A stretch of DNA of 47,483 bases, from assembly GCA_964496365.1 (NCBI GenBank), contig CAZBZK010000007.1:1-47483 (forward strand), given 5' to 3'. Numbering within the stretch: position 1 is the stretch's first letter; each line of letters opens with the position of its first letter. The position numbers were made by a program, and so were the translations under genes. Positions 9,951 through 19,334 of the stretch are shown in pieces. This DNA comes from an uncultured bacterium. GTDB lineage: Bacteria > Fidelibacterota > Marinisomatia > Marinisomatales > AB-629-J13. The notes under the pieces are model-generated. The model saw only the letters and a list, made by a program, of their open reading frames with translations, was not told the origin of the DNA and did not search any database.

Positions 9951-9988
9951 CTCTTCTTCCTTTTATTTTTTCAAATAAATCTTCATAT

Positions 9989-11329
9989 TTATCCCATTGA
10001 TAAAATGGTCTGCATTAATTCATCGATTGTTGAAATCATTCTCGCTGAAGCTTCGTATGCTTGTTCATATTGAATAAGTTGAGTCATTTCTTCATCAAGA
10101 GAAACACCAGAAATGGATGCTTTTTTAATGTGCAATTGAGATACGATTTTCTCTTGATTTTGTCGAATAAATGTCGCTTCTTGAACTCTATTTCCCACAT
10201 CAGCAATAATCGTATTATATTGATCAGAAATTGTTTTTTCCTCAACAATTCCATCGTATTGTAAATCCGCTATGGATTGTGCTACCGATCCATTTCCTTG
10301 TGCTGATGAATCTGAGGACGTGGAAATTAATGAAGCATCTGATAAAATTTCAGGTGTAAGCGATATATCTCCAGCTCCAGAAACTGAATCGTTGAAAAAA
10401 TTCCATCCCGACAATCCTTTCAAGTTATACCCTTCTACATGAAACTCGTTTATAGCGTTTGCCAACGATACAGCCAATTTATCAATGGATTGAATGAATC
10501 TGGAAATATGATCATTATGAAATTCTAACAATCCACCTATTTCTCCTGATTTTATGTTCAAATTTTTTTCGCCTTGAATTGTTTTAATTTCCGCTTTAAA
10601 TGATCCATTTTGTTTTTGGGATAATTTAAGTTTAAGTTGATTTACAAAATCTTCAGATACCAAAATATGACCACCGGATAATACTTCAACACTACCCGTT
10701 TCACTTTCAGTAATATGAACATCAATTTTTTCAGACAATTCCATTATAAGAACATCTCTCTGGTCTAATAAATCATCGGAACGATGGATGTCAATTTGAC
10801 TATTTACTGTACCCAATTGACTGACCAATTGATTAATTTCATTTACTTTATGTTGTAATTCATTTGCGGACTGAGTTTGAAGATTTTTTAGATTCTTATC
10901 TAACCGATTAAACGTATTACTCAGTAATTCTCCTTTATCTCGAACTAATGAACGAGCAGAGTCACTTTCGGGGTTATTCGATAAATTTGTCCACGAATTC
11001 CAAAATTCATTAAGAATATTAGATAATCCAGAATCTCCCGGTTCACCAAAAACAGACTCAACCTGATTTAGCAACATTTCGCTAACAGATTCCTTACCCA
11101 AAGCCTGATTCTCAAACCAAATTTGATTATCTAAAAAACTATTTTTTACTCGGGTGACTGATGATTCAGACATGTTTCCAAACCCTAATGATAATTTAGA
11201 TAAATCGACAGATCTACGATTGTATCCCTCTGCATAAACATTTGCAATGTTATTTGCCGTGGTATTAATAGCAGATTGATGACTTAATAGTGACCGTTTA
11301 CTGGTTTCAAATATTCGTAGAATCGACAT
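9989..11329 (-). CDS. flgK: Hook-associated protein 1 FlgK
   Basis: NNIAN..EGY, LLDQRD, SGEIGGLL and SGVSLDEEMTQLIQYEQAYEASAR. Confidence 0.95.
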   Translation of the reverse strand: MSILRIFETSKRSLLSHQSAINTTANNIANVYAEGYNRRSVDLSKLSLGFGNMSESSVTRVKNSFLDNQIWFENQALGKESVSEMLLNQVESVFGEPGDSGLSNILNEFWNSWTNLSNNPESDSARSLVRDKGELLSNTFNRLDKNLKNLQTQSANELQHKVNEINQLVSQLGTVNSQIDIHRSDDLLDQRDVLIMELSEKIDVHITESETGSVEVLSGGHILVSEDFVNQLKLKLSQKQNGSFKAEIKTIQGEKNLNIKSGEIGGLLEFHNDHISRFIQSIDKLAVSLANAINEFHVEGYNLKGLSGWNFFNDSVSGAGDISLTPEILSDASLISTSSDSSAQGNGSVAQSIADLQYDGIVEEKTISDQYNTIIADVGNRVQEATFIRQNQEKIVSQLHIKKASISGVSLDEEMTQLIQYEQAYEASARMISTIDELMQTILSMG

Positions 11330-11335
11330 AGTTAC

Positions 11336-11851
11336 TTATATCTTAAAATCTAAAACTCTGTTTTCTTTTTGGTTTATTCTCATAGAACCATTCACCCCAT
11401 AATGATTATGAATTTTCTTTCCGTGTGTTAAAAAAACATTGACTAAATCTTTTACATGGGAGATTGAAGCTGAAAGGAGATATTTATTTTCCCGATTGAT
11501 TTTATCAATTTCAAGGACACTCAAATGCATTTTTTTTCGAATGTCCTCCAATCTTTGTTTAAATTTGGAACTCGCACGATTGATCAAATGGGTTAGGGTC
11601 ATTTTTTCCGAATTCTGTTCGGTTTTCAAAGAAATGGTTTGAGTTATTTTATTCCTTTTATCCATTTGTTTTATTATATATTGGGAAATTTCTTGTTCCT
11701 TGAAAATTGCAGATTTGATTGTTTTATTTTCTCCGTTGACAATGGCTTTTTGCTTGGTTTTCATTGCGTTAATCAGATCATCGTAAAGCTGTAATTCCTC
11801 ACTAAGAGATCGACACAAATTTTCAAATTTAAACTGATTGTTGTTGTCCAT
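11336..11851 (-). CDS. flgN: Flagellar export chaperone FlgN
   Basis: Helical protein with INRENKYLL and a C-terminal Y-G motif; directly upstream of flgK. Confidence 0.8.
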   Translation of the reverse strand: MDNNNQFKFENLCRSLSEELQLYDDLINAMKTKQKAIVNGENKTIKSAIFKEQEISQYIIKQMDKRNKITQTISLKTEQNSEKMTLTHLINRASSKFKQRLEDIRKKMHLSVLEIDKINRENKYLLSASISHVKDLVNVFLTHGKKIHNHYGVNGSMRINQKENRVLDFKI

Positions 11852-11852
11852 T

Positions 11853-12215
11853 TTATTTTTTTATGTCACTATTTAATAAATGCATAGAATGGATTGAGTT
11901 GGTTATACCATCCAAATTCAAATCCTCTAAATTCGGGATTTCATCCAACGTTTTGAGAGATTGATAAATTTGGTCTCCTAACCCAATTCCACCTTGTTCT
12001 GAAACTGCATCAGCCATCACCGTACTAAACATCATTGTGGCTAAATTATTTCCACCTGCTCCCGATAATTTTGATTTTGGTATAGTTTTTTCCATGGTTT
12101 TAAATACATAAGTGAGAAATGCTGCTTCCATTTTTCTACTGGTTTCTCGAAGTTTAACATCACGTGCTTCAGTGGAATTAACCAGTTCAATTTTTTCTAC
12201 TGTATTAATGTTCAT
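11853..12215 (-). CDS. flgJ: Short FlgJ (rod-binding domain only, no muramidase)
   Basis: LRETSRKMEAAFL...M...GGIGLGDQIYQSL rod-binding pattern; follows flgI. Confidence 0.82.
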   Translation of the reverse strand: MNINTVEKIELVNSTEARDVKLRETSRKMEAAFLTYVFKTMEKTIPKSKLSGAGGNNLATMMFSTVMADAVSEQGGIGLGDQIYQSLKTLDEIPNLEDLNLDGITNSIHSMHLLNSDIKK

Positions 12216-12230
12216 TTCTAAAATTCTTCT

Positions 12231-13358
12231 TTACATGATAATAAGTTTTGCATTTAAAGCCCCTGCCTGCTTAACGGCTTGAAAAATGGCGATGATGTCT
12301 CTGGGTTTTAATCCCATTTCATTTAAAGCAGAAGCTAAATCACTTACAGATGTGGTGGTGGGTATGACTCCAGTACTATAATTCATATCCTCAGCAGTTG
12401 TTTTAGAGACCTTTTCCACAACAGTCTCACCTTCTTCACTCAAAGGTGAAGGTTGAGAAATCACCGGTTTAACCTTAGTATGAATGGTTAAATCACCATG
12501 GGAAATCAAAATTTCATCTATCACAACATTTCCACCAGCTACTACAGTACCAGTTCTCTCATTTATTACGACTCTGGCTTCAATGTCTGTGGCTACCATT
12601 AAGGTTTCAATAGATGCAATAAAATATGAAATATCTCCTGATGTAGAAATAAATTCCGGATAGGCAATTTCGACAAGTGCAGCGTTTATGGGTTGGGCTA
12701 ATTTGCCCGCATAATATCCGCCAAAATTTTCATTAATTTTATCAGTTATATGAGTAGCAGTAGAATAATCAGGAGTATTCAACATTAATCTCAGTGGCTT
12801 ATCAATATCCAATTCTGAAAATGGAATTTCCTTAGTTAATTGAGCTCCCCCTGGAATTCTTCCCACTTGGGCATGATTTTTTCTGAGTCGCTCACCTGCT
12901 TCAGTTTCTATATTATATCCTCCCACCGACACAGGACCTTGAGCCACACCCCATTTCTCACCGGTGCTACTCATAAGAGGTGTCATTAATAAAACTCCTC
13001 CTTCTAAACTGGTTGCATCTCCTAAGGAAGAAACCACTATATCAAATGAAGTTCCTTTCCTTCCATACGGAGGAGTTGAACCGGTTACCATTACCGCCGC
13101 AACATTACGAGTTCGTAATTCCTTTTTAGGAATAGTTACACCAAACCTATCAAGCATATTACTAATAGATTGAACGGTAAAAACAGCTCCCCGCATTCCT
13201 GTTGATCTGTCTCCGGTTCCTCCTAATCCAATTACCAGACCATATCCAATGAGAGATTCACTATTCGTATTCTCAACTCGCACGATATCCTTTAATCTGA
13301 CCTCACTCCACAATAAAGTCAAACCGAATACTATTATAAAATATTTTCTTTTGAACAT
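12231..13358 (-). CDS. flgI: Flagellar P-ring protein FlgI
   Basis: RLKDI, LIGYGLVIGL, NVAAVMVT, SLEGGVLLMTPL, VINERTGTVV and AGALNAKL. ATG at 13358 preferred over TTG at 13361. Confidence 0.96.
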   Translation of the reverse strand: MFKRKYFIIVFGLTLLWSEVRLKDIVRVENTNSESLIGYGLVIGLGGTGDRSTGMRGAVFTVQSISNMLDRFGVTIPKKELRTRNVAAVMVTGSTPPYGRKGTSFDIVVSSLGDATSLEGGVLLMTPLMSSTGEKWGVAQGPVSVGGYNIETEAGERLRKNHAQVGRIPGGAQLTKEIPFSELDIDKPLRLMLNTPDYSTATHITDKINENFGGYYAGKLAQPINAALVEIAYPEFISTSGDISYFIASIETLMVATDIEARVVINERTGTVVAGGNVVIDEILISHGDLTIHTKVKPVISQPSPLSEEGETVVEKVSKTTAEDMNYSTGVIPTTTSVSDLASALNEMGLKPRDIIAIFQAVKQAGALNAKLIIM

Positions 13359-13362
13359 CAAT

Positions 13363-14004
13363 TTAAAAAGTTAAAGGACCAATAAATGCTAACCCTACCA
13401 ATCCCAAACCGACCCCCCACGTTAACCATTTTTGCATTTTCCTCGGATTTAAGACATTTTCTATGGTTCCACCTTTGCTATAAACTATATTCGCATTGGC
13501 AATATTATAGGAATAAACAGTATTATTTGTGGAAATATCTCTCTCACGTACATAACCATCTAATTCGATAGTATTTTTTTCCCCATTGACCTCTAATATT
13601 CTTTTCCCTTCTATAAAAAACATACCATTTTCCGTCTCCCTTATAATGGTAGCAGAAATTTTTCCGGTTAATTGATCTCTCTGTTCTGTACCCTCGGATC
13701 CATCCATTGAATTGGAAATTTTACTGGAAGCACCGAAAAGAGGCAAATAATCCGTTAGAGATCCAGCAACATTTCCATCCATAGACATTCCGGATGCACT
13801 GTTACTATTTACTTTGGATTCTCTGGAAGCATTTGATGACTCAATTATTTGCACCGTAATTAAATCCCCAATTTTATGTGCTTTGATATCAGAGTAAATA
13901 GAAGTAACAGAGAAATCTTCCATTTGACCAAGTACAAAAGAATTTCCACCTAAAATGATTGTTCCAATAAAAATAGAATTTTTGATTTTGTTATAAAATT
14001 TCAA
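13363..14004 (-). CDS. flgH: Flagellar L-ring protein FlgH (no lipobox Cys, hydrophobic C-tail)
   Basis: YSDIKAHKIGDLITV, NGMFFIEG and GYVRERDISTNNTVYSYNIANA; lies between flgA and flgI. Confidence 0.92.
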   Translation of the reverse strand: MKFYNKIKNSIFIGTIILGGNSFVLGQMEDFSVTSIYSDIKAHKIGDLITVQIIESSNASRESKVNSNSASGMSMDGNVAGSLTDYLPLFGASSKISNSMDGSEGTEQRDQLTGKISATIIRETENGMFFIEGKRILEVNGEKNTIELDGYVRERDISTNNTVYSYNIANANIVYSKGGTIENVLNPRKMQKWLTWGVGLGLVGLAFIGPLTF

Positions 14005-14681
14005 TTTACTTCCACTCTCACTAAATTACTATTGACAATTTCTCCCGATAATGTTTTACCGGTTTTATCTAAAATAACATCTGTTTGATGCCCCATAAAT
14101 CCATTAGTCCTTGCTTTACCTTTAGTCTCAATAATGAGGTTACCCGAAATTAATTCCACATGAATAAGATTTCCACGAACTACATCTGGCCGGGTTTTAA
14201 TCATATTTTGCATTAATATTTTACCTTTTTTTATCACTTGAATAGACATGGTACCAACCAGGTCATTTTGATCTAATACAAAACGATGGAAATCTCGTGA
14301 TATCCATTTTTTTTGTTTTGAAAACATGTTCAATTTGAGGTCTACTTTTCTATGAATTTTTTGATTCGCAACCCATACAGGTAGTTTTACAGATATATCA
14401 ATGGTAACAGGATATTTTTTCTGATTATTTTGATTTTTAAGAAAAATGGTTTGGTGCCCTAATTTATGTGAATCTTCGGGAACAACTATCCAATTTTCAT
14501 CACCCTCAAATGCAGGTTGATGAATGATTTTTAGTTCCACTTCATTTTTGTTTACCTCAAAATTTTCAGCGAAGTACTTTTTTATTGATAAGTTAACCGG
14601 GCTGAACGATTCAAATTCAACTGCGAAAAGGAAAACATTTGCGGAAAACAAAAACCAAATAATTCTATTAAGTAAAACCAT
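14001..14681 (-). CDS. flgA: P-ring formation chaperone FlgA
   Basis: Signal peptide, SAF-like C-half (PDVVRGNLI...GKARTNG...TGK); lies between flgG and flgH. Confidence 0.85.
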   Translation of the reverse strand: MVLLNRIIWFLFSANVFLFAVEFESFSPVNLSIKKYFAENFEVNKNEVELKIIHQPAFEGDENWIVVPEDSHKLGHQTIFLKNQNNQKKYPVTIDISVKLPVWVANQKIHRKVDLKLNMFSKQKKWISRDFHRFVLDQNDLVGTMSIQVIKKGKILMQNMIKTRPDVVRGNLIHVELISGNLIIETKGKARTNGFMGHQTDVILDKTGKTLSGEIVNSNLVRVEVN

Positions 14682-14682
14682 T

Positions 14683-15471
14683 CTATCTTTTGAGACTATT
14701 GGTCATTTGTAAAAGTTCATCTGCAGTTTTAACCGCCTTAGAATTAATTTCATAAGATCGTTGCGATACAATTAAATTCACCATCTCTTCAACAACATCT
14801 ACATTTGATTTTTCTAAATATCCTTGAATGCACACTCCGAATTCATTGTCCCCGGGATTTCCATACGAGGGTTCGCCTGACGCTTCGGTTCGTTCAAATA
14901 AATTTCCTCCAATTGCTTTTAATCCAGCGGGATTCATGAATGTTGCCAATTCAAATTGTCCCATTTCCTCCGGTTCAACTTGCCCATCAATTAATACAGA
15001 CAGGACACCATCTTGACTGATTTTAATGCTGGTTACTCCCTCAGGAAGTGAAATGTCAGGGTATACTTTTAATCCAGAAGCATTCACAATATTTCCTTGA
15101 GAGTTTATACGAAATGCTCCATCTCTTGTATAGACAAAACTACCATCCGGTTGGGTGATTTGAAAAAATCCTTTTCCATTTATAGCGAGATCTAAAGAAT
15201 TTCCGGTTTCTGCAATATTTCCTTGAGAAAACGATTTGTAGGTGGAAATTGGTTTATTACCTAATCCAACTTGGATTTCTCCCGGTTTCTCTAATCCATC
15301 CTGATTGCTAGCATCACCAGATTCAATATTATCATAAAGTAAATCCTGAAATTCTACTGTACTTTTTTTATAACCCGTTGTATTTACATTTGCCAAATTG
15401 TGTGCGATGGTATCAACGTTTAACTGTTGTGCAGTCATACCCAAAGCGGCAGTTCTTAAAGATCGAAGCAT
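14683..15471 (-). CDS. flgG: Distal rod protein FlgG
   Basis: IAHNLANVNTTGYKK, FQDLLY, YTRDGAF and LEKSNVDVVEEMVNLIVSQRSYE. Confidence 0.97.
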   Translation of the reverse strand: MLRSLRTAALGMTAQQLNVDTIAHNLANVNTTGYKKSTVEFQDLLYDNIESGDASNQDGLEKPGEIQVGLGNKPISTYKSFSQGNIAETGNSLDLAINGKGFFQITQPDGSFVYTRDGAFRINSQGNIVNASGLKVYPDISLPEGVTSIKISQDGVLSVLIDGQVEPEEMGQFELATFMNPAGLKAIGGNLFERTEASGEPSYGNPGDNEFGVCIQGYLEKSNVDVVEEMVNLIVSQRSYEINSKAVKTADELLQMTNSLKR

Positions 15472-15496
15472 TGTTTATTTCTCCATTAGTTAGTTG

Positions 15497-16210
15497 TTAT
15501 CTATAGCGACCAATATCGTTCGCCGCTTTACCTAAAGCATCATCAAGAGTCTTGACTGCTTTCTGAGTACTTTCAAAGTTTCTTTGAACCGTTATTAATT
15601 CCACCATTTCATTGACGGAATTGACGTTTGAGCCTTCTAAATTCCGTTGTAATAGCATGTACATTTCAGGTTCAAATGGTTCTGTGTTGTTTATTGGCAT
15701 AAATAAATTAATCCCCTCTTTTCTTAATTGGGAATAATCTTGAAAATCTACAATTTTTAATGAATCAATGTATTCGTCATTCACAAAAATTTCACCAAGT
15801 TTACTAATGGAAAAATCTCCTGTCTTAGTACCATCCATAGATACATTGATTTCACCACCTTGTCCCATAACCTTTAGTCCTCCAGAATTGATTAAAATTC
15901 CATTTTTGTCAACCGTAAAATGTCCATCTCTTGAATAATACTCTTTACCATCTTTCTCAATAACAAAAAACCCTTTCCCCGAAATTGCTACATCTAATGG
16001 ATTCCCCGTCTCTTTTAAAGTTCCTTGGCTGAATTCTGTAATAACATTTTTATTATCACTGTTCAACTCAAATACGTCCATCAAATCCATGAACATGATA
16101 TCTCTTTTATATCCGGTTGTATTTAGATTTGCTAAATTATTTGAAATTAGATCGTTCTTAAACGTGTGAGACGAAAGAGCATGTTGAAGTCTGTTGAAAT
16201 TAATTTTCAT
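15497..16210 (-). CDS. flgF: Proximal rod protein FlgF
   Basis: ISNNLANLNTTGYKRD, TGNPLDVAI and LEGSNVN..NEMVELI. Start moved to ATG 16210 because the track's TTG at 16240 lies in the predicted sigma54 -12 box. Confidence 0.9.
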   Translation of the reverse strand: MKINFNRLQHALSSHTFKNDLISNNLANLNTTGYKRDIMFMDLMDVFELNSDNKNVITEFSQGTLKETGNPLDVAISGKGFFVIEKDGKEYYSRDGHFTVDKNGILINSGGLKVMGQGGEINVSMDGTKTGDFSISKLGEIFVNDEYIDSLKIVDFQDYSQLRKEGINLFMPINNTEPFEPEMYMLLQRNLEGSNVNSVNEMVELITVQRNFESTQKAVKTLDDALGKAANDIGRYR

Positions 16211-16235
16211 ATTTTTTACCAGTAATTTTATAAAT

Positions 16236-16251
16236 GACAAGAGGAATGCCA
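16236..16251 (-). promoter_or_regulatory. Sigma54 (-24/-12)-like promoter of the flgF-flgG...csrA operon
   Basis: Minus strand TGGCAT-TCCTC-TTGTC against consensus TGGCAC-N5-TTGC, 25 nt upstream of the flgF ATG. Confidence 0.72.
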
Positions 16252-16382
16252 GATGAAATATGTATAAATTATTATATTAACTATATTCTATAACTACAAT
16301 AATATAGGAAGTAATAATATATTTGTTTTGGATATATTAGATTTTAAATCCGCATTTATCGGGAATATTAGGAAATTAAATA

Positions 16383-16395
16383 GGAAGAATTTTCC
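16383..16395. promoter_or_regulatory. Candidate enhancer (activator-binding) palindrome
   Basis: GGAA-GAATT-TTCC centred 139 bp upstream of the -24 GG; the same motif and spacing occur at flgB. Confidence 0.6.
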
Positions 16396-16607
16396 TTTGG
16401 TTTACCATGTGGAAACATTGAGAGTAATCAATTTAAATGATTAAAATTTTCTATATCCTATTTTTTACTTTTCAATAAATTTTTTAGAATGTCGCTTTAG
16501 GAGACACACCAAAAATTACAATCCTTGTTTACTAGTATATACCAATGAATTGTAATGGAATGAATATTTGGAAAATGAAATATGTTATATGGAGAACAAA
16601 AAAAGTA

Positions 16608-17372
16608 TTATTGCTTTGGACTATCCGTAATCTTATTTAAGATTTTATTAATTTTTTTTGTTTCAATCACAATCGCTTTTAGCGTCTCTTTTATTCGGGA
16701 TGGTGATAAAGTATGAATGGATAGGTCTAGAATTTCTGCTAATCCCAAAATTGAGGACAATGGTTTTTCCATCTCATTTCTAATTTTTATTACGATTTTT
16801 CCAATGGCTGCAGAGTCCTTTAATTCTGTTAATTCACGGGTAGATATGGATAATTTTGATTCAATGGATTCAATATGTTTGTTGGCAATTTCCATTTTTT
16901 TACGGAAATAAATCTGTTCAAAAATGAGTGATATTTCTGCTGATAAACTTTGGAGTAATTCCATATCATTTTTTGAATACTTACCTTTTTCAGAATGACC
17001 AAAGTTTAGAACTCCAAAAAGTTTTTTTCCAACCCATAAGGGTAAAGAGGCAAAGGATTGAAATTGAGTATCTCTTTGAATCTGAACATGAGTAAGTGAG
17101 GATACAATGACTGGTTTTTTCTGTTTTATAATCCAACCTGAAAACCCAGATCCGCCATCAAATTTAAATTGAGAAACCAATTCAACTATATCTGAACCAT
17201 ATTGATATTCGTGTGAAAGTGATTTATTTTCTTCATCATATACAAATAAGGAAGCAGATTGAAATTGGATAAATTTGCCAGCATAGATACAAATATCAGA
17301 ATAGATGTCTTTTTCCGATTTCTCACTTTGGGTTAGATTAATTATATTCCTAATTGTACTCTCTTTCTTCAT
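16608..17372 (-). CDS. GAF domain + HisKA-like dimerisation helices; no phospho-His, no ATPase domain
   Basis: GAF motifs (GFSGWI, SLPLWVGKKLFGVLNF, D.ELL..L); H-box-like IRNEMEKPLSSILGLAEIL; protein ends after the helices. Confidence 0.8.
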   Translation of the reverse strand: MKKESTIRNIINLTQSEKSEKDIYSDICIYAGKFIQFQSASLFVYDEENKSLSHEYQYGSDIVELVSQFKFDGGSGFSGWIIKQKKPVIVSSLTHVQIQRDTQFQSFASLPLWVGKKLFGVLNFGHSEKGKYSKNDMELLQSLSAEISLIFEQIYFRKKMEIANKHIESIESKLSISTRELTELKDSAAIGKIVIKIRNEMEKPLSSILGLAEILDLSIHTLSPSRIKETLKAIVIETKKINKILNKITDSPKQ

Positions 17373-18559
17373 CTAATTTTTTCCTTATCGGTATGTAACA
17401 GTTCAATCAAATTAGCCAATTGGTCCCGTTCATTTTCTTGTTCAATCGGTATTCTCACAACAAAACAAGTTTCTGATTCTTCCCATTTTGAATTTAGAAA
17501 TATATCACCACCCATTGAACTCACAATTTCATGGGAAATAGTCAATCCCAATCCGGGATTATCAGATGTGTCTTTGGTTGTAAAAAATGGATCAAACAAC
17601 TGGTTCTCCTGTCCTTTAGGAATACCCTTTCCATTGTCTATCACATAGATCTCAATCCATTTTTTGTTTATTATTTTTGATTTTATTCGTATAAAAGATT
17701 CAGTTCTTTCCAGACTATCTCTGGAATTAATTATTAAATTGACGAAAACCTGTTCGAGTAATAGTGCATTTCCAACAATGAACGGAAGGTCATCACTCAA
17801 TTCGATGGAAAAATTTATTTTTCTTTTTAATAATTCATATTCCACCAGTTTATGAGCATTTCGAATGGATTGGGCAATGTTGACCATTCCGATACTTTCA
17901 TCTTCCGTTTGATTTGCAAATAATCGAATAACTTGGATATTGTTATTGATCTGAGATATCAATCTTTCCAATTCTTTAAAAGCGGTTTCAGTTAGTTTCC
18001 CTTTTCTCTTTTTTGAATCCTTTCGCATTAAATCTAAACGCATCTCTAAACTGGTAAGAGGTTGACTGATGGTGTGAACTAATCCAACAGACAACTCACC
18101 TAAAGCACGGATTCTATCTCTGGAAATGGTGAGTATTTGTTGATGTTTAAGCTCTTTTTCTAACGCTTTTTGAAATGCCGCATCTTTAGCACTAACTAAA
18201 ATAAAATTATTTTCACCTTTGTCATTTTCTACTACACTAAAACTCGCATAAACCGGAACAGTAATGCCTTTAAATATGAGCTGAGTATCTAAATTTTGAA
18301 TATTTCCTTTGTTTATTTGTTTTTCAATTGAATCATTTTCCTCTTTCGAAGATCCATTTTTGACAAATAAGTCATCAATTAATCGTCCTTTCAAAGTTTC
18401 AAAATTAGTTTGAAGCATATCGAGGGTACTTTTATTGACATATTGAATCACGCCTTTAGAATCCAAAATAAAAATGGCATCTGGAAGATGCTCCAAAATC
18501 ATTATGGTTGTAGCATAATCTTGGGTAAGTTGTGAATTGGACTTTTGTTTTAGTGTCAT
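17369..18559 (-). CDS. Cytoplasmic PAS-HisKA-HATPase sensor kinase (NtrB-like, atypical H box)
   Basis: PAS (LPDAIFILDSKGVIQYVN), VHTISQPL, LEQVFVNLIINSRD, DNGKGI, FDPFFTTK and PGLGL. Confidence 0.88.
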   Translation of the reverse strand: MTLKQKSNSQLTQDYATTIMILEHLPDAIFILDSKGVIQYVNKSTLDMLQTNFETLKGRLIDDLFVKNGSSKEENDSIEKQINKGNIQNLDTQLIFKGITVPVYASFSVVENDKGENNFILVSAKDAAFQKALEKELKHQQILTISRDRIRALGELSVGLVHTISQPLTSLEMRLDLMRKDSKKRKGKLTETAFKELERLISQINNNIQVIRLFANQTEDESIGMVNIAQSIRNAHKLVEYELLKRKINFSIELSDDLPFIVGNALLLEQVFVNLIINSRDSLERTESFIRIKSKIINKKWIEIYVIDNGKGIPKGQENQLFDPFFTTKDTSDNPGLGLTISHEIVSSMGGDIFLNSKWEESETCFVVRIPIEQENERDQLANLIELLHTDKEKIR

Positions 18560-18561
18560 AT

Positions 18562-18858
18562 CTATGAAATAATTACATCTATATTATGGTTTGTCGATAG
18601 CTTATTTTCTATTTTTTGGGGGATCAAATCTAATATTAAATGGGAATCCACTTCCCTTACCATTAATTTGATTTCATCAAACTTTTTAAATGTACCATTT
18701 GATTGAGTCAGTATATTAAATCCATGGATTCTTAACAAGTACCCATTAGGTTCAATACAATCAATAATTCTCCCCTGTATAATCTGATCTTTTTTTAAAT
18801 TTTTGTATAGAGAATCCAAACCGGATTTGAGTTCATATTCAACGGTGAATTTTTCCAT
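18562..18858 (-). CDS. Hypothetical protein, small beta-rich domain
   Basis: Pattern LKKDQIIQGRII...YLLRIHG...IKLMV...LILDL recalls the N-terminal beta domain of some FliK-like proteins (from memory). Stop is 2 nt from the kinase start. Confidence 0.6.
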   Translation of the reverse strand: MEKFTVEYELKSGLDSLYKNLKKDQIIQGRIIDCIEPNGYLLRIHGFNILTQSNGTFKKFDEIKLMVREVDSHLILDLIPQKIENKLSTNHNIDVIIS

Positions 18859-19085
18859 CACTACATCAGAGAAGAATTTTTAAATAGATACACTTGATTT
18901 TGAATAATCATGAGACGGATTAAAAGTTAAACATCAATTTAAATCATGCTATTTGTCGATGGTATTTACATACCTAATCAAATCATTTTACCCCAAATTT
19001 ATAGTGATGAATATCAATGGATAAAAATTGGTTAGGCCTCATTCTTGTTAAAACAACGTTAGAATCTATTTATTAAAGATAGTGT

Positions 19086-19334
19086 TTATTTTACAAGAAT
19101 ATTGATAGAAACTTCATCAGAAACGTTGATATTTTCTTCTTCACCATCTTCAATGTCTGCCGGTTCAGTTTCAAGTTGTGTTTTGGTTTGAATTTCTACT
19201 GAATCTTTTTCTCTTTTAGGATTATATCCTTTTTTACGCTTTTCCCTTTTCATAGGCTTATCCGTAGCGTGTTCCAATTTGTGAATGGTTTCCGGTTGGG
19301 AAATATTGACATTTCTGATTGAGTCTTCAGACAT
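19086..19334 (-). CDS. Hypothetical hydrophilic protein coupled to fliA
   Basis: Overlaps the fliA 3' end by 8 nt; basic then acidic tracts; KDSVEI motif. Confidence 0.65.
   Translation of the reverse strand: MSEDSIRNVNISQPETIHKLEHATDKPMKREKRKKGYNPKREKDSVEIQTKTQLETEPADIEDGEEENINVSDEVSINILVK

Noticed and set aside
16211-16240. Track-predicted N-terminal extension of FlgF from TTG 16240
   Set aside because: That TTG coincides with the predicted -12 box; ATG 16210 gives a normal FlgF N-terminus.
18862-19085. 224 bp gap with a weak ATCGACAA sigma28-like -10 and a 19-codon ORF
   Set aside because: No TAAA at the required spacing, and the ORF is too short to support.
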